64,000 bases of DNA from Candidatus Sericytochromatia bacterium (lineage in GTDB: Bacteria > Cyanobacteriota > Sericytochromatia > S15B-MN24 > JAQBPE01). The position numbers and the translations under genes were made by a program. Shown here piece by piece: positions 54,468 through 64,000 of the stretch. The notes beneath the pieces are model-generated. The model was given only the letters and a program-made list of their open reading frames with translations. It had not been told where the DNA came from and did no database searches. The stretch spans positions 16,429-80,428 of the forward strand of contig JAYKJB010000120.1 of assembly GCA_035285325.1 (NCBI GenBank), given 5' to 3'. How positions within the stretch are numbered: position 1 is the stretch's first letter; each line of letters opens with the position of its first letter.

Positions 54468-55133
54468 TCAGACCTGAACGGTTCCGAAGGCACGATCCCC
54501 CGCGTCCCCCAGACCCGGCACGATGTAACCCTGATCATTCAGGTGAGAGTCGACCGAGACACAGTAGATCGGAACATCCGGGTGGGCGGCATGCACGTTG
54601 CGCACCCCCTCGGGCGCGGCAATCAGACAGAGGAACTTGATGCGGGACGCCTGGCGCCGCTTGAACGCGTCGATGGTGGCGGTGGCGGAGCCACCCGTCG
54701 CGAGCATGGGATCAAGGATCAGCACGGTGGCGTCCGGGCTGATCGCACCGGGCAATTTGAGGTAGTACTCCACGGGCTGGAGCGTTTCCTCATTGCGGTA
54801 AAGGCCGATGTGTCGAACCTGCGCCTCCGGTAGCAGCTCGGTCGCAGATTCCATCATGGCCAGGCCCGCCCGCAGGATCGGCGCCACGATCAAGGGGCGA
54901 TCGCCCAGAGTGCGGCCGGGTGTCAGTGCCAGGGGCGTGGGGACCTCGATCGGATCGGTTTCCAGGTCCCGCGTGGCCTCGTAGATGAGGAACTTCGCCA
55001 GTTCCCGCACCCGGGCACGAAAACGCGGCGTGGGCGTGTCCTTGTGGCGCAATTCGGCCAACGCCGTCACCACCAGGGGGTGGTCCAGCTGGACGACGCG
55101 CGCTTGACTCACGGTTTCGGGCGAGGGCGACAT
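54468..55133 (-). CDS. upp: Uracil phosphoribosyltransferase
   Basis: PILRAGL, DPMLATGGS, GYIVPGLGDAGDR; AGGAGG RBS. Confidence 0.98.
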   Translation of the reverse strand: MSPSPETVSQARVVQLDHPLVVTALAELRHKDTPTPRFRARVRELAKFLIYEATRDLETDPIEVPTPLALTPGRTLGDRPLIVAPILRAGLAMMESATELLPEAQVRHIGLYRNEETLQPVEYYLKLPGAISPDATVLILDPMLATGGSATATIDAFKRRQASRIKFLCLIAAPEGVRNVHAAHPDVPIYCVSVDSHLNDQGYIVPGLGDAGDRAFGTVQV

Positions 55134-55188
55134 GCATGACCTCCTGAGGGTGAGGCCATCATGACCTTGCTGCCGGAGGCTTGTCCAG

Positions 55189-56445
55189 TCAGTTGGCGAG
55201 GGCCGCCAGCGGATTGACCTCACCGTGGCCGAAGAGCGGATCCACCCCCGGGGCGCCCCGATCCGAGGCCGTCTGTTCAAGGTGCTCCTTGACCTGCTGT
55301 GCCGTCCAATCCGGGTGCTTGCTCCAGACCAGCGCGGCCACACCGGCGACAAAGGGGGAGGCCATGGACGTGCCGCTCATCTTCGCATAGGCCTCACCCG
55401 GCACGGTCGAGAGAATCCCGACGCCCGGTGCGGTGACGCTCATCGAAGCATCATGATTCGAGAAGCGCGCGAGTCCCCCCGTGCTATCCGTGGCTCCCAC
55501 CGAGAGGACCCCGGGATAGGCCGCGGGGAAACCCAGCGAGTCGGCGCTGTTGCCGGCGGCCGCGACGATCAAGCTGCCGCTCTGCACCGCCGTCTCGTAA
55601 AACTTGCGCTCGACGCTGGTGGTGGCGGTGCCTCCGAGGCTCATGTTGACGATCTTGGCCCCGTGGGTGATGGCGTGCGCCACGCCCTTCATGACGTCGT
55701 AGCTGGTTCCCTCCCCGCGAGCCCCCAGCACCTTGACGGCCAGGATCTTGACCCCGGGGGCCACGCCCGCGATGCCAAGCCCGTTGTTGGTGAGGGCGCC
55801 GATGATCCCGGCACAGTGGGTGCCGTGCCCGTTGTCATCCATGGGCCCGTTCTTGTCCTTGCGATTGAAGATGCGGCCAGGCCGGAAAGCCAGATCGGGC
55901 CCCTGGGTCACGCGATCCTTGAGGTCCGGATGGGTGAAGTCGACCCCGGTATCCACCACCGCCACGTTCACGGCGGGATCCCCTGTCGTGATCCGCCAGG
56001 CCAGCGGAATTTCTTTCTGGACCAGGCCGAACTGGAGGTTGTAATACTCATCATCGGGCGCCTGACCTGCCCCGGGCAGGTCGAGCGCGTAGACCATGGC
56101 GTTCGGCTCGGCCGCCCGCACGCCTCGCACGCTGCGCAGGGCCCCCAGCGCGCGCTGGATCAGGCTGCGCTGGCCCACGTCGTACAGGTGGTAGTTCAGT
56201 CCCGCGAAGCTGAAACTGTCGAGGTGCTTGGCACCGGCGAGCGAGAGGGCTGGGCCCTCACTGGCGACCACGACCTCACTGGGAGCTTCCAAAAAAGCTT
56301 GTTTGGCTTGCATCACGGGGCGCTCGGAGATCCCCTTGGACCTCGCCGCTTGGGGTGCCCGCATCGGCCCAGCACCGCAGGCGCCCAGCAGGGAAGCCAG
56401 CAAGACGACGGGGGCGACGGCGAGACACGGACGACGGACAAGCAT
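55189..56445 (-). CDS. S8 subtilisin/thermitase-like serine protease, lipoprotein
   Basis: Triad VVDTG, HGTHCAG, SGTSMASP; oxyanion AAAGN; lipobox LGAC. Confidence 0.96.
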   Translation of the reverse strand: MLVRRPCLAVAPVVLLASLLGACGAGPMRAPQAARSKGISERPVMQAKQAFLEAPSEVVVASEGPALSLAGAKHLDSFSFAGLNYHLYDVGQRSLIQRALGALRSVRGVRAAEPNAMVYALDLPGAGQAPDDEYYNLQFGLVQKEIPLAWRITTGDPAVNVAVVDTGVDFTHPDLKDRVTQGPDLAFRPGRIFNRKDKNGPMDDNGHGTHCAGIIGALTNNGLGIAGVAPGVKILAVKVLGARGEGTSYDVMKGVAHAITHGAKIVNMSLGGTATTSVERKFYETAVQSGSLIVAAAGNSADSLGFPAAYPGVLSVGATDSTGGLARFSNHDASMSVTAPGVGILSTVPGEAYAKMSGTSMASPFVAGVAALVWSKHPDWTAQQVKEHLEQTASDRGAPGVDPLFGHGEVNPLAALAN

Positions 56446-56562
56446 GGGGTACCTCCGGCTGCGGGCAAGCAGGCCGCGTCCCAGCCCACCATTCAGGCAG
56501 GCAACGACCGAAGCGGCCTGAGATCTGGTATCCGGCCCCCGGCGCGGAAACTTGTGGGCATC

Positions 56563-56592
56563 CGCCTAAGAAAAGGTTAATTTTAGGTAGCG
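56563..56592 (-). promoter_or_regulatory. Three units at 11-bp period upstream of the S8 protease
   Basis: Minus strand reads CGCTACCT-AAA-ATTAACCT-TTT-CTTAGGCG. Confidence 0.45.
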
Positions 56593-57707
56593 GATTCTTC
56601 AAGAAGCCGCGGAGAAGCCGGATGCATCGACAGCGCGGCCAGGGCCGTCAGGGGGATGACCGCCAGCAAACCGGCCAATCCCACCAGCAGGGTCACGCTG
56701 AAGGCGCCGACCGTTTCGAGATGCTGCACCCGCAACCACGGCAGCGGATGGACGGCCAGGTTCAGCAACACGGGCAGGAAGCCCCCCAGATAGGCCAGCA
56801 GCAGGGTGTTGGAGGTGGTCGAAAGCAGGTCGCGCCCCACCTGCCACCCCGCCGCGAACAACGCTTTGCGGGGCAAGTTGGGATTGGCCTGCCGCAGTTC
56901 ATCCACCGCCGAGGAGATCGACAGCGACAGGTCCAGCATGATGCCCAGCGCGCCCACCAGCATGCTCGCGGCCAGCAATCCTGGGGCATCCACCACGGCC
57001 CCCTGGGCGCCGTGGACGATCACGGAATCTTCGTTGGCCAGACCCGATAAGCGCCCCCACGTGACAAACAGGGCGGCCAGCACCGCCGAGACCAGCACCG
57101 CGCCGCTGGTGCCTGCGACCGCGGCCCAGGCCTTGCGACCGGCACCGGCCGTCAGCAGGGTCGTGGCCAGGGCGATCGCCGAGGCGAGCAGCACCGCCAG
57201 TGGTAAGGGAGACCAGCCCCGCAGGGTCAGCGGCAGCAGGATCCCGGCGATCGCCAGCACGGTCACCAGCAACACGGCCAGGGTCTTCAAGCCTCGCCCG
57301 CCGCCGACCAGAAGAAAGGCCAGCACCGTCAGCGCGGCCAGGATCCAGCTGGCGTTGGCTCGCTGGTAGTCGACGATCTGCCAGTCGAACTCTTCGGCTT
57401 CCTCCAACGGCACGGCCGACAGCACCACCCGATCGCCGGCCACCACCGGCAATTCCATCCCCCCTGGCCCCCCCGCGCGCTGGACCACGGTGACGGCCTG
57501 CCCGGCGCCGTAGCCGGAACTGACATCCACCGTCACCAGCCGCTCTTCGGGCGTCGCGCCGGGCACGACCTGCCGCACCATCCCCAGCGCACTGCGCAGC
57601 GCCACCTCGTCGTGAGCGCCATGCTCCTCCGCCCCGACGGGGGCAGCCAAGCAAAGGCACAGCAGCGGCAGGAACAACCAGCGAAGGAGGCAGGGCAATG
57701 GATTCAT
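56583..57707 (-). CDS. YibE/F family membrane protein
   Basis: Periplasmic beta domain, DYQR, multiple TMs, GALG..LD...SISSAV.EL, G..VGRD...T..NTL.LAY.G. Confidence 0.92.
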   Translation of the reverse strand: MNPLPCLLRWLFLPLLCLCLAAPVGAEEHGAHDEVALRSALGMVRQVVPGATPEERLVTVDVSSGYGAGQAVTVVQRAGGPGGMELPVVAGDRVVLSAVPLEEAEEFDWQIVDYQRANASWILAALTVLAFLLVGGGRGLKTLAVLLVTVLAIAGILLPLTLRGWSPLPLAVLLASAIALATTLLTAGAGRKAWAAVAGTSGAVLVSAVLAALFVTWGRLSGLANEDSVIVHGAQGAVVDAPGLLAASMLVGALGIMLDLSLSISSAVDELRQANPNLPRKALFAAGWQVGRDLLSTTSNTLLLAYLGGFLPVLLNLAVHPLPWLRVQHLETVGAFSVTLLVGLAGLLAVIPLTALAALSMHPASPRLLEESAT

Positions 57708-57761
57708 GTTTCTTAGGGGCTTGTGGACAAGGCTGCGACGGTCTCCCAGTATACACGGGAA

Positions 57762-57791
57762 GGACGAGGCAACCGAACGGTTGCCTCGTCC
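57762..57791 (-). terminator. Hairpin after ndk
   Basis: Perfect 13-bp stem GGACGAGGCAACC / GGTTGCCTCGTCC; weak U-tract. Confidence 0.6.
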
Positions 57792-57830
57792 CAGGGCGAA
57801 GGCGAGGTCACCTGGCCGGCGCCAGGTGGC

Positions 57831-58292
57831 TCACTCCCGGATCCAGGTCTCGCCGGTGCGCTGCCACGACACCAGTTCATCGGCCTTGAAGAAGATGCCG
57901 ATCTCACGCTCCGCGCTCTCAGGTCCGTCCGAGCCGTGAATCACGTTGCGGCCGATGTCCACCGAGAGGTCCCCGCGAATGGTGCCCGGTTCGGCGTTGG
58001 CGGGATTCGTGGCCCCCATCATCCGACGCGCGGTCGCGATCACGGCCGGGCCTTCCCACACCATCGCGGTGATCGGGCCCGAGGTGATGAAGCCGACCAG
58101 ACCATCGAAGAACGGCTTGCCCTTGTGCTCTCCATAATGCGTCTCGGCCATTTCGCGGGTGACCTGCATGAGCTTCAGGCCGACGAGCTTGAAGCCCTTC
58201 TTCTCGAAGCGGCCGATGATCTCGCTGACGAGACCCCGCTGCACCCCGTCGGGCTTGATGGCCAGGAATGTACGTTCGTTGGTTGCAGCCAT
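57831..58292 (-). CDS. ndk: Nucleoside diphosphate kinase
   Basis: [30 protein letters not shown]. Confidence 0.98.
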   Translation of the reverse strand: MAATNERTFLAIKPDGVQRGLVSEIIGRFEKKGFKLVGLKLMQVTREMAETHYGEHKGKPFFDGLVGFITSGPITAMVWEGPAVIATARRMMGATNPANAEPGTIRGDLSVDIGRNVIHGSDGPESAEREIGIFFKADELVSWQRTGETWIRE

Positions 58293-58457
58293 AGGGATTG
58301 AACTCCTTGTCAAAAAATGGCGACGTGTGCGGCTAAAATCGCTGGCATCATAACCGGTGACCGGTGGGCGGGCAAGGGTGAGACCCCCGTCTGTAATCGG
58401 GGTAAAACTAGGTGGTCCCGTACCGAATCGGATTCCGCTGTAGAAGGGGAGAGCATC

Positions 58458-58673
58458 TTGCGCACGTTGACACCTTTCGTGATAGGCGCAGCCGTGGTCA
58501 GTCTGTGCGGCTGCGCCGCCCCAAGCGTTGCGCCTCTCCCCGGTGTTCAGGCGGACACCCCGTCCCCATCCAAAACCCCCGAGGCGACGCCCACGATGAT
58601 CGCCGTGATCGCCGCCGGTAGCATGAACTACCTCGTGCCAGACGGTGCGCCCCTGAAGGGCACCCTCCGCTAG
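58458..58673 (+). CDS. Small putative lipoprotein (71 aa)
   Basis: TTG after GGGGAG; lipobox LCGC; Pro/Thr-rich linker. Confidence 0.55.
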   Translation: MRTLTPFVIGAAVVSLCGCAAPSVAPLPGVQADTPSPSKTPEATPTMIAVIAAGSMNYLVPDGAPLKGTLR

Positions 58674-58689
58674 GCGCGGGTACCCCGAC

Positions 58690-61026
58690 TCAGCGCAGCA
58701 CCACGCGCGTGACCCCGTCACCGCCCTCGCTCGGGCCCCCCGGTCGGAACGAGGCCACGGCCGGATTGTCCTTCAGCCAGGCGCGCAGCGCATTGCGCAG
58801 CGCGCCGGAGCCGGCCCCGTGGATCAGGGTGACCTCTCGCAACTGGCTGCGCAGCGCCTGGTCGAGGTAGCGATCGGCGGCCGGGACGGCCTCGTGCTGC
58901 ATCAAGCCGCGCATGTCGAGGCTGAGGCCCGCCGGTTCCGCGGGAATCACGATCGTGCCGGTGCGCCGGGGCGGCGGCGGGGTGTCGACCAGTTGCGCGC
59001 CCGACTTCAGGGACAGGTCCCGGCGGTGGACCGTGACTGTCAGGATTCCCACCTGCACCTTGAGGTTGCCGTCAGCATCGGGCAAGGTCAGCACCTTGCC
59101 GCTCTGCCCCAGTTTGGCGACCAGCACCGTTTTGCCCACTTCCAGCACCTCTTGCGGACCTACCGGGGCCGCCGGAGGCTTTTTCTTCTTCTGGAACTTC
59201 TCCAACCGCTCGGTGGCCCGCTGCGCGGCCTGGGCCGTGCGCACGCCTTGCAGATCGCGAATGATCGCCGCGATCTCCCCTTTCGCGGAACGCACCTGCT
59301 GTTCGACCCGTTCTTTGGCTTTGGCCTCCAGGTCACGCCGCTCCTGGTGCCAGGCCGCGAGCTTGGCGTCGTACTCGTGTTTCAAAGCCTCGGCCCGGTT
59401 GCGCGCCTTCTCGGCCCGTTGCAACCATTCGGCCGCCAGGTGTCGATCGCGCTCGACCTCGGCCACCAGTTCCGAGGTTTCGGTGGCGCGGTGCGCGAGC
59501 AGCTCCCGGCTACGCGCCACCAGGGGCTCGGAGAGCCCCAGGCGCTCGGCGATCGCCACGGCATTCGACTGCCCGGAGACGCCCAGCAGCAGCCGGTAGG
59601 TCGGAGAAAGCGTCTCGAGATCGAACTCCACGGCGGCGTTGCGGACGCCCGCCCGCTGATAGGCCAACATCTTCAACTCGCCGTAGTGCGTGGTGGCCAC
59701 CAGGCGGGCCCCGCGGGCCTGCAGTTCCTCGATGATGGCCCGCCCCAGCGCCGCCCCCTCGGCCGGGTCCGTCCCGGCCCCCAGTTCATCCAGCAACACC
59801 AGGGTGCGCCCGTCAGCCTGGGCCAGGATCCGGATGATGTTGGCCATATGGCCCGAGAAGGTCGAGAGATTCTGCGACAGGCTCTGCTCATCTCCGATGT
59901 CGGCAAACAGTTCCGACACCACCCCCACCTCGGAGCCGCGCGCCACCGGCGGCAACAGACCGGCCTGGGTCATCAGGACGCACAGGCCCAGGGTTTTCAG
60001 TGCCACCGTCTTGCCCCCCGTGTTGGGCCCGGTGATCAGCAGGATCGGATGGTCGTCCTCGACCTGCATATCGATCGGCACCACCGCGTCGCCCAGTCGC
60101 TCGACCAGCAGGGGGTGGCGCGCCTTGAACAGGCGGGTGTTGCCCTTGCGATTGAGCCGAGGCAGTTCCCCACGAAGCCGGTCGGCCAGGCGCGCCTTGG
60201 CCTGGGCGAAGTCCAGGTCGCCCAGGGCTTCACAGGTCCAGGCGATCGGGTCATGCACGGCGGCGACCTGCGCCGTCAGGTCGGCCAGGATCCGCTCCTC
60301 CTCGGCCCGGGCATCGAGCTGGCGCTGCCGCACCGCGTTGTTGAGTTCCACCACGCCCAGCGGTTCGATGTAGAGGGTCTGCCCGCTACCGGACTGGTCG
60401 TGGACCAGACCGGGCACGGAGGCCTTGGCGTCGGCCCGCACCGGCAACACGAAGCGATCGCCGCGGAGCGTGGCGATCGGGTCCTGCAAGGCCGCGGCCT
60501 GCGCGCTGATGATGCGCTGCAGAGCGTGCCGCACGGCACTCTGCGCCTCGCGCAGGCGCTGCCGGATGCGCGCCAGCTCCGGGCTGGCCGAATCCGCCAG
60601 CGACCCGGCCGCATCGAAGGCGGCCAGCAGGGTGTCGCTCAGGCTGGAGAGACCCGCGATCGGCTCTGCCAGCTCCACCAGGGCGGGAAAATCGTCTCGG
60701 CGCTCGTGTAGCCAATCTTTCAGGCGACGAGCTGAACGCAAGGTGTGCCCGACCGCCAGCAGGTCCTCGCCGGCCAGGGTGAGGCCCTGTGCGGCCCGGC
60801 GCAGGGCCGGGCGGATGTCCACGATGCCGCCTTGCGGCAATTCGCCGGCCAGCTGCCGCAACTCCCGACATTCGGTGGTGATGCGAAGCGCCGCGGACAC
60901 CTCATCGAGCGGCACACGGGGCCGCAGCGCCAGGCAGCGTTCGTGCCCCATCGCGTGGGAGGCCTGCGCGGCCAACAACGCGATCAAGGCATCCCATTCC
61001 AGGACCTTCAAGGTTTTCGCATCCAT
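58690..61026 (-). CDS. mutS2: Endonuclease MutS2
   Basis: [52 protein letters not shown]-like segment and Smr (IHG.GSG.LR). Confidence 0.97.
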   Translation of the reverse strand: MDAKTLKVLEWDALIALLAAQASHAMGHERCLALRPRVPLDEVSAALRITTECRELRQLAGELPQGGIVDIRPALRRAAQGLTLAGEDLLAVGHTLRSARRLKDWLHERRDDFPALVELAEPIAGLSSLSDTLLAAFDAAGSLADSASPELARIRQRLREAQSAVRHALQRIISAQAAALQDPIATLRGDRFVLPVRADAKASVPGLVHDQSGSGQTLYIEPLGVVELNNAVRQRQLDARAEEERILADLTAQVAAVHDPIAWTCEALGDLDFAQAKARLADRLRGELPRLNRKGNTRLFKARHPLLVERLGDAVVPIDMQVEDDHPILLITGPNTGGKTVALKTLGLCVLMTQAGLLPPVARGSEVGVVSELFADIGDEQSLSQNLSTFSGHMANIIRILAQADGRTLVLLDELGAGTDPAEGAALGRAIIEELQARGARLVATTHYGELKMLAYQRAGVRNAAVEFDLETLSPTYRLLLGVSGQSNAVAIAERLGLSEPLVARSRELLAHRATETSELVAEVERDRHLAAEWLQRAEKARNRAEALKHEYDAKLAAWHQERRDLEAKAKERVEQQVRSAKGEIAAIIRDLQGVRTAQAAQRATERLEKFQKKKKPPAAPVGPQEVLEVGKTVLVAKLGQSGKVLTLPDADGNLKVQVGILTVTVHRRDLSLKSGAQLVDTPPPPRRTGTIVIPAEPAGLSLDMRGLMQHEAVPAADRYLDQALRSQLREVTLIHGAGSGALRNALRAWLKDNPAVASFRPGGPSEGGDGVTRVVLR

Positions 61027-61189
61027 GGTTCCATTGTAACGGACCTCGTCGTCGTCGCAGCGCCGAGGTCCTGCGGGGAGCGGCCGCTGCGGCCCAGGCG
61101 TCTGAAATGGCGCTTGCCGGGCCGCCCCAAAGTTCTCTACAATGAACCGCTTGACCAGGATGGCGCGGCCATCGTGGGGGATTGGCAGG

Positions 61190-61876
61190 ATGCGCATCGG
61201 GATCCTGACGGACATCCATGGCGATCACGAGACCATGGTCCGCATCATCGACCACCTCGAGACCAAACGGGTGGACCGCTTGGTCTGCCTGGGTGATCTG
61301 GTGGTGCACGGCCCCGCCCCCAACCGGGTGGTCGACTGGTTCCGTCAGCGCCCCGAGGTCACCGTCGTGAAGGGCAATCACGACATCGGGGCCACCATCG
61401 CCGAGGACCAGCTCGACCGTCTGCACTTTTTCAGCCCTGATTCGCGGGCCAACACCGAGGCCGCGCGACGGGCGCTGAGTGATGAGAACAAGGCCTATCT
61501 GACCGCCTTGCCCCTGGAGGTCCACGAGAATGAGGTCTGCTTCACGCACGCCGCGCGGGGCAACCCCTTCGCCCTGCTCCGCCAGCCGGAGACGATCGCC
61601 CGGGGATTCGACTCCCTGAACGGCTCCATTCTGATCGCCGGCCACACCCACCGCACCCGCGTGCACCACTGGCCCGCGACCCGTCCGCTGTGGTGCACCG
61701 ACCATCCCACGGAAAGCGGCACCTGGGTTCACGAGCTGGTGCCGGGCGATCGCTACATCATCAACGTCGGCTGCACGGCCCAGTTGAAGTACGACCCGTT
61801 TCCGCCAGTCTGCGCCGTTTACGAGCCGGGCAACCGCCGCCTCGAGTTCCACGAACTGCCCGATCTGCGTCGTTGA
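61190..61876 (+). CDS. Metallophosphoesterase (YfcE/MJ0912-like)
   Basis: DIHG, GDLV, GNHD, THA, GHTH. Confidence 0.92.
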   Translation: MRIGILTDIHGDHETMVRIIDHLETKRVDRLVCLGDLVVHGPAPNRVVDWFRQRPEVTVVKGNHDIGATIAEDQLDRLHFFSPDSRANTEAARRALSDENKAYLTALPLEVHENEVCFTHAARGNPFALLRQPETIARGFDSLNGSILIAGHTHRTRVHHWPATRPLWCTDHPTESGTWVHELVPGDRYIINVGCTAQLKYDPFPPVCAVYEPGNRRLEFHELPDLRR

Positions 61877-61937
61877 CCGAGCGGGGTCACCCGGACGCTC
61901 AGGCGACGGGGCCACGGCGTCTGGGGGCAGCTCGGGT

Positions 61938-62336
61938 TCAGAATCGCTGCAGCGGCTTCGGCGTCACGCAGGTTCCGGACGCGCGCGCCACCAACAGCGG
62001 CTCGGGCAGCAGTTCGGCCGCCGAGGGCGCCAGCCCCTCCCGTCGACACAGCTGAATCACCTTGTGCGCCGTGAACTGCATCTTGCGCGAGGTGTTGCCC
62101 GTGCTGAGCAAGTCGCCGCGAATTTCCAGGTAGTCTCCGGCATGGACAGGCGCCTTGAACTCGACCATGTCGTAAGCCACGAAGAGGCCCTCATCGCCAT
62201 CCAAGCGGATCAGGAGCTCGGTGGCCACATCTCCGAAAAACGTCATCAAGGCGCCACCGGCCACCAGGCCACCGGCATAATGGGCGTCGTGCTCGCCAAT
62301 GCGAACGCGCAGCAAACTCGTGATCGGTTCCGCCAT
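61938..62336 (-). CDS. kal: 3-aminobutyryl-CoA ammonia-lyase-like hotdog protein
   Basis: [61 protein letters not shown]...R. Confidence 0.88.
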   Translation of the reverse strand: MAEPITSLLRVRIGEHDAHYAGGLVAGGALMTFFGDVATELLIRLDGDEGLFVAYDMVEFKAPVHAGDYLEIRGDLLSTGNTSRKMQFTAHKVIQLCRREGLAPSAAELLPEPLLVARASGTCVTPKPLQRF

Positions 62337-62364
62337 GGGGATTCTCCTCTTTCCTGCTAACGGG

Positions 62365-63657
62365 TCACACCAGCATGGCGCCCTGTCCTGCGCCAGGCTC
62401 GAAGAGACGCTGATAGAGCCGCAGGGCATGCCCATCGGTCATGCTGGCGATGTAATCGCACACCACCCGCAGGCGGGGGCGCTCCTCGTTCCGCACCGCC
62501 TCCCACCATTCCCGCACGTCGACCGGGAACAGGTCGCCGGCATCCGGCTGCGCGTGGGCCTCGAACAGACGTTGCACGATGTGGCGTCCCTTGTACTCCA
62601 GGGTCGTGACGCGCGGATTGCGGATCAGCAACACGTACTCGACGCCCATCAGGATGCAAGCCTCCCGCCGAATCTCGGGCGGAATCGCCAGGGCCCAACC
62701 GTAACCCGGCAGATCATCGCGCCGGCTCAGGGAGGTGTGCGTCACGAACCGATGGATCAGGCGGGAAGTGAGCGCCTTGCGACGCTCCTTGACCTCGTTG
62801 GCCGAGGAGGCCTTGAGCGAATCGAGCAGGTGACGCATCAGGTCATGAACGTCCTGAGGCCTCACGTCCTCGGCTCCTTTTTTGCGCGCGTAGGCCGCGA
62901 TCCGGTCCAGCGTGCCGGCGTGTTCGAAGTGCTCCGGGCGGATCAGGTCAGCATGCAACCCGTCCTCCAGGTCATGCACCGAATAGGCGATGTCGTCCGC
63001 CCATTCCATGATCTCCGCCTCGAGGGAGCGGTGGCGATGGGACACCCCGCCGCGGATCCAGGCCACCGTCTCGGCATCTTCGTCGTAGAAACACTTTTCG
63101 ACCGCCCGCTCCCCCTCCGGGCCGGGCGGCCGCTGGCGCTTGCGCACGGAATAGGCATCGAGATACTTCAACACGGCCTCCAGGGTGGCACGCGTGAGGT
63201 TCAGCCCGAAACCGGGACGTTTGACCTCGAGGCGCGTCAAGATCCGCAGGTTCTGAGCGTTTCCTTCAAAGCCGCCGTGGGCGCACATCATCTCCTGCAG
63301 GGCGGCCTCACCGTTGTGGCCGAACGGCGGATGGCCCAGGTCATGCGCCAGGCAGGCCGCCTCGATCAGTTCAGGCGACACCCACTCTGATTCCGGCAAA
63401 ACCCGTCGATTCAGGAACAGGGCCACGCCTTTGCCGACCTGGGCCACCTCCATGGAGTGGGTCAGGCGGGTCCGAAAAAAGTCGCCCTCGCCGACGCCAA
63501 AAATCTGGGTCTTTCCCTGCAGGCGACGAAAGGCCGAGGCATGCACGATGCGCGCCCGGTCGACCTCGAACGGGTCGCGGGGGTCGACCTGTTCCGGTCG
63601 GTCTTCAGGGTCTCGGCGGGCCCATTCCCGCGAACCGTAACGCTGGGTTGTGCTCAT
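62365..63657 (-). CDS. dgt: Deoxyguanosinetriphosphate triphosphohydrolase (dNTPase, HD family)
   Basis: [64 protein letters not shown]. Confidence 0.95.
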   Translation of the reverse strand: MSTTQRYGSREWARRDPEDRPEQVDPRDPFEVDRARIVHASAFRRLQGKTQIFGVGEGDFFRTRLTHSMEVAQVGKGVALFLNRRVLPESEWVSPELIEAACLAHDLGHPPFGHNGEAALQEMMCAHGGFEGNAQNLRILTRLEVKRPGFGLNLTRATLEAVLKYLDAYSVRKRQRPPGPEGERAVEKCFYDEDAETVAWIRGGVSHRHRSLEAEIMEWADDIAYSVHDLEDGLHADLIRPEHFEHAGTLDRIAAYARKKGAEDVRPQDVHDLMRHLLDSLKASSANEVKERRKALTSRLIHRFVTHTSLSRRDDLPGYGWALAIPPEIRREACILMGVEYVLLIRNPRVTTLEYKGRHIVQRLFEAHAQPDAGDLFPVDVREWWEAVRNEERPRLRVVCDYIASMTDGHALRLYQRLFEPGAGQGAMLV

Positions 63658-63780
63658 GCCGTGACGCCCCCTCTTCCAGACGTCATGGGACCCCGATTCC
63701 CTGCCTGCCGTCAATCGTGACCGGCATCCGCGAAAGGCGGGACAGGGCGTGGTACAAGAGGCTCGGGTGGGCGTATCCGC

Positions 63781-64000
63781 GTGACTTCGACGTCGTTCTT
63801 TTCTGATGAGTTCCCGGACGACGGCGTGCGTCTGGCCGCCCCGCAGGCGCCTGAACCCCCGACCGTGCGGCGCCGCGTGGGACGTTCGGGGTTCGTCACG
63901 GAGCGCTTCGGGGAGTCCGCCAACCCGTGGGCAGGCCTGCTGCTGCCCCTGCCAGGCTTGGCCTTCACGCTGCAGCTGGGCCTGTTGGTGGCAGGTCTGC
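63781..64000 (+). CDS. Probable membrane protein, 5' part only (runs off the right edge)
   Basis: Not in the ORF track. Open frame from GTG 63781: VTSTSFFSDEFPDDG...LLLPLPGLAFTLQLGLLVAGL. Confidence 0.45.
   Translation, partial: MTSTSFFSDEFPDDGVRLAAPQAPEPPTVRRRVGRSGFVTERFGESANPWAGLLLPLPGLAFTLQLGLLVAGL

Noticed and set aside
63711-63968. 85-aa minus-strand ORF at the right edge
   Set aside because: Low-complexity and motif-free; the opposite-strand frame from 63781 with a TM-like segment is the more plausible gene.

Overview
GC-rich bacterial chromosome segment made almost entirely of housekeeping, envelope and signalling genes. I found no CRISPR array, integrase, transposase or prophage. 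In order: the nuoA-H part of a complete complex I operon (minus strand, continues off the left edge); a plus-strand run of LysM, PilZ, SLH-porin, lipoprotein, methyltransferase-like, DUF4388/PATAN, mglB, mglA and rplS genes; clpS, ilvE, ruvB, regulators and a lipoprotein GH13 amylase; tRNA-Gly(GCC); pspA with an AAA+ ATPase; rsmI; a five-gene phoB/phoR-like, Clp-N-only, peptide-binding protein, secreted cyanophycinase-like operon; an Omp85-like metallopeptidase, glpQ and rlmD; a long minus-strand run with two GH57 genes, an RsbW/RsbV/GGDEF module, hppA and an HD-GYP gene; cinA, upp, an S8 protease, yibE/F, ndk, mutS2, kal and a dGTPase. The SLH porin, ClpS type, SphR-like regulator, GH57 pair and CCA-less tRNA, together with NuoEFG, suggest a non-photosynthetic relative of Cyanobacteria such as Sericytochromatia (inference only). 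The best leads are: (1) a GH57 homolog lacking its catalytic nucleophile next to a branching enzyme with a ~130-aa insertion; (2) the Pho-type two-component operon ending in a secreted pseudo-dimeric cyanophycinase-like peptidase, plus 11-bp-periodic Pho-box-like repeats at several promoters; (3) a methyltransferase-like gene without DPPY directly upstream of PATAN-mglB-mglA; (4) a partner-switch module whose partner gene is a diguanylate cyclase; (5) PspA with a dedicated AAA+ ATPase. All family assignments come from motif recognition by eye, not from database searches. Several starts were moved from the ORF track using RBS position and motif boundaries.
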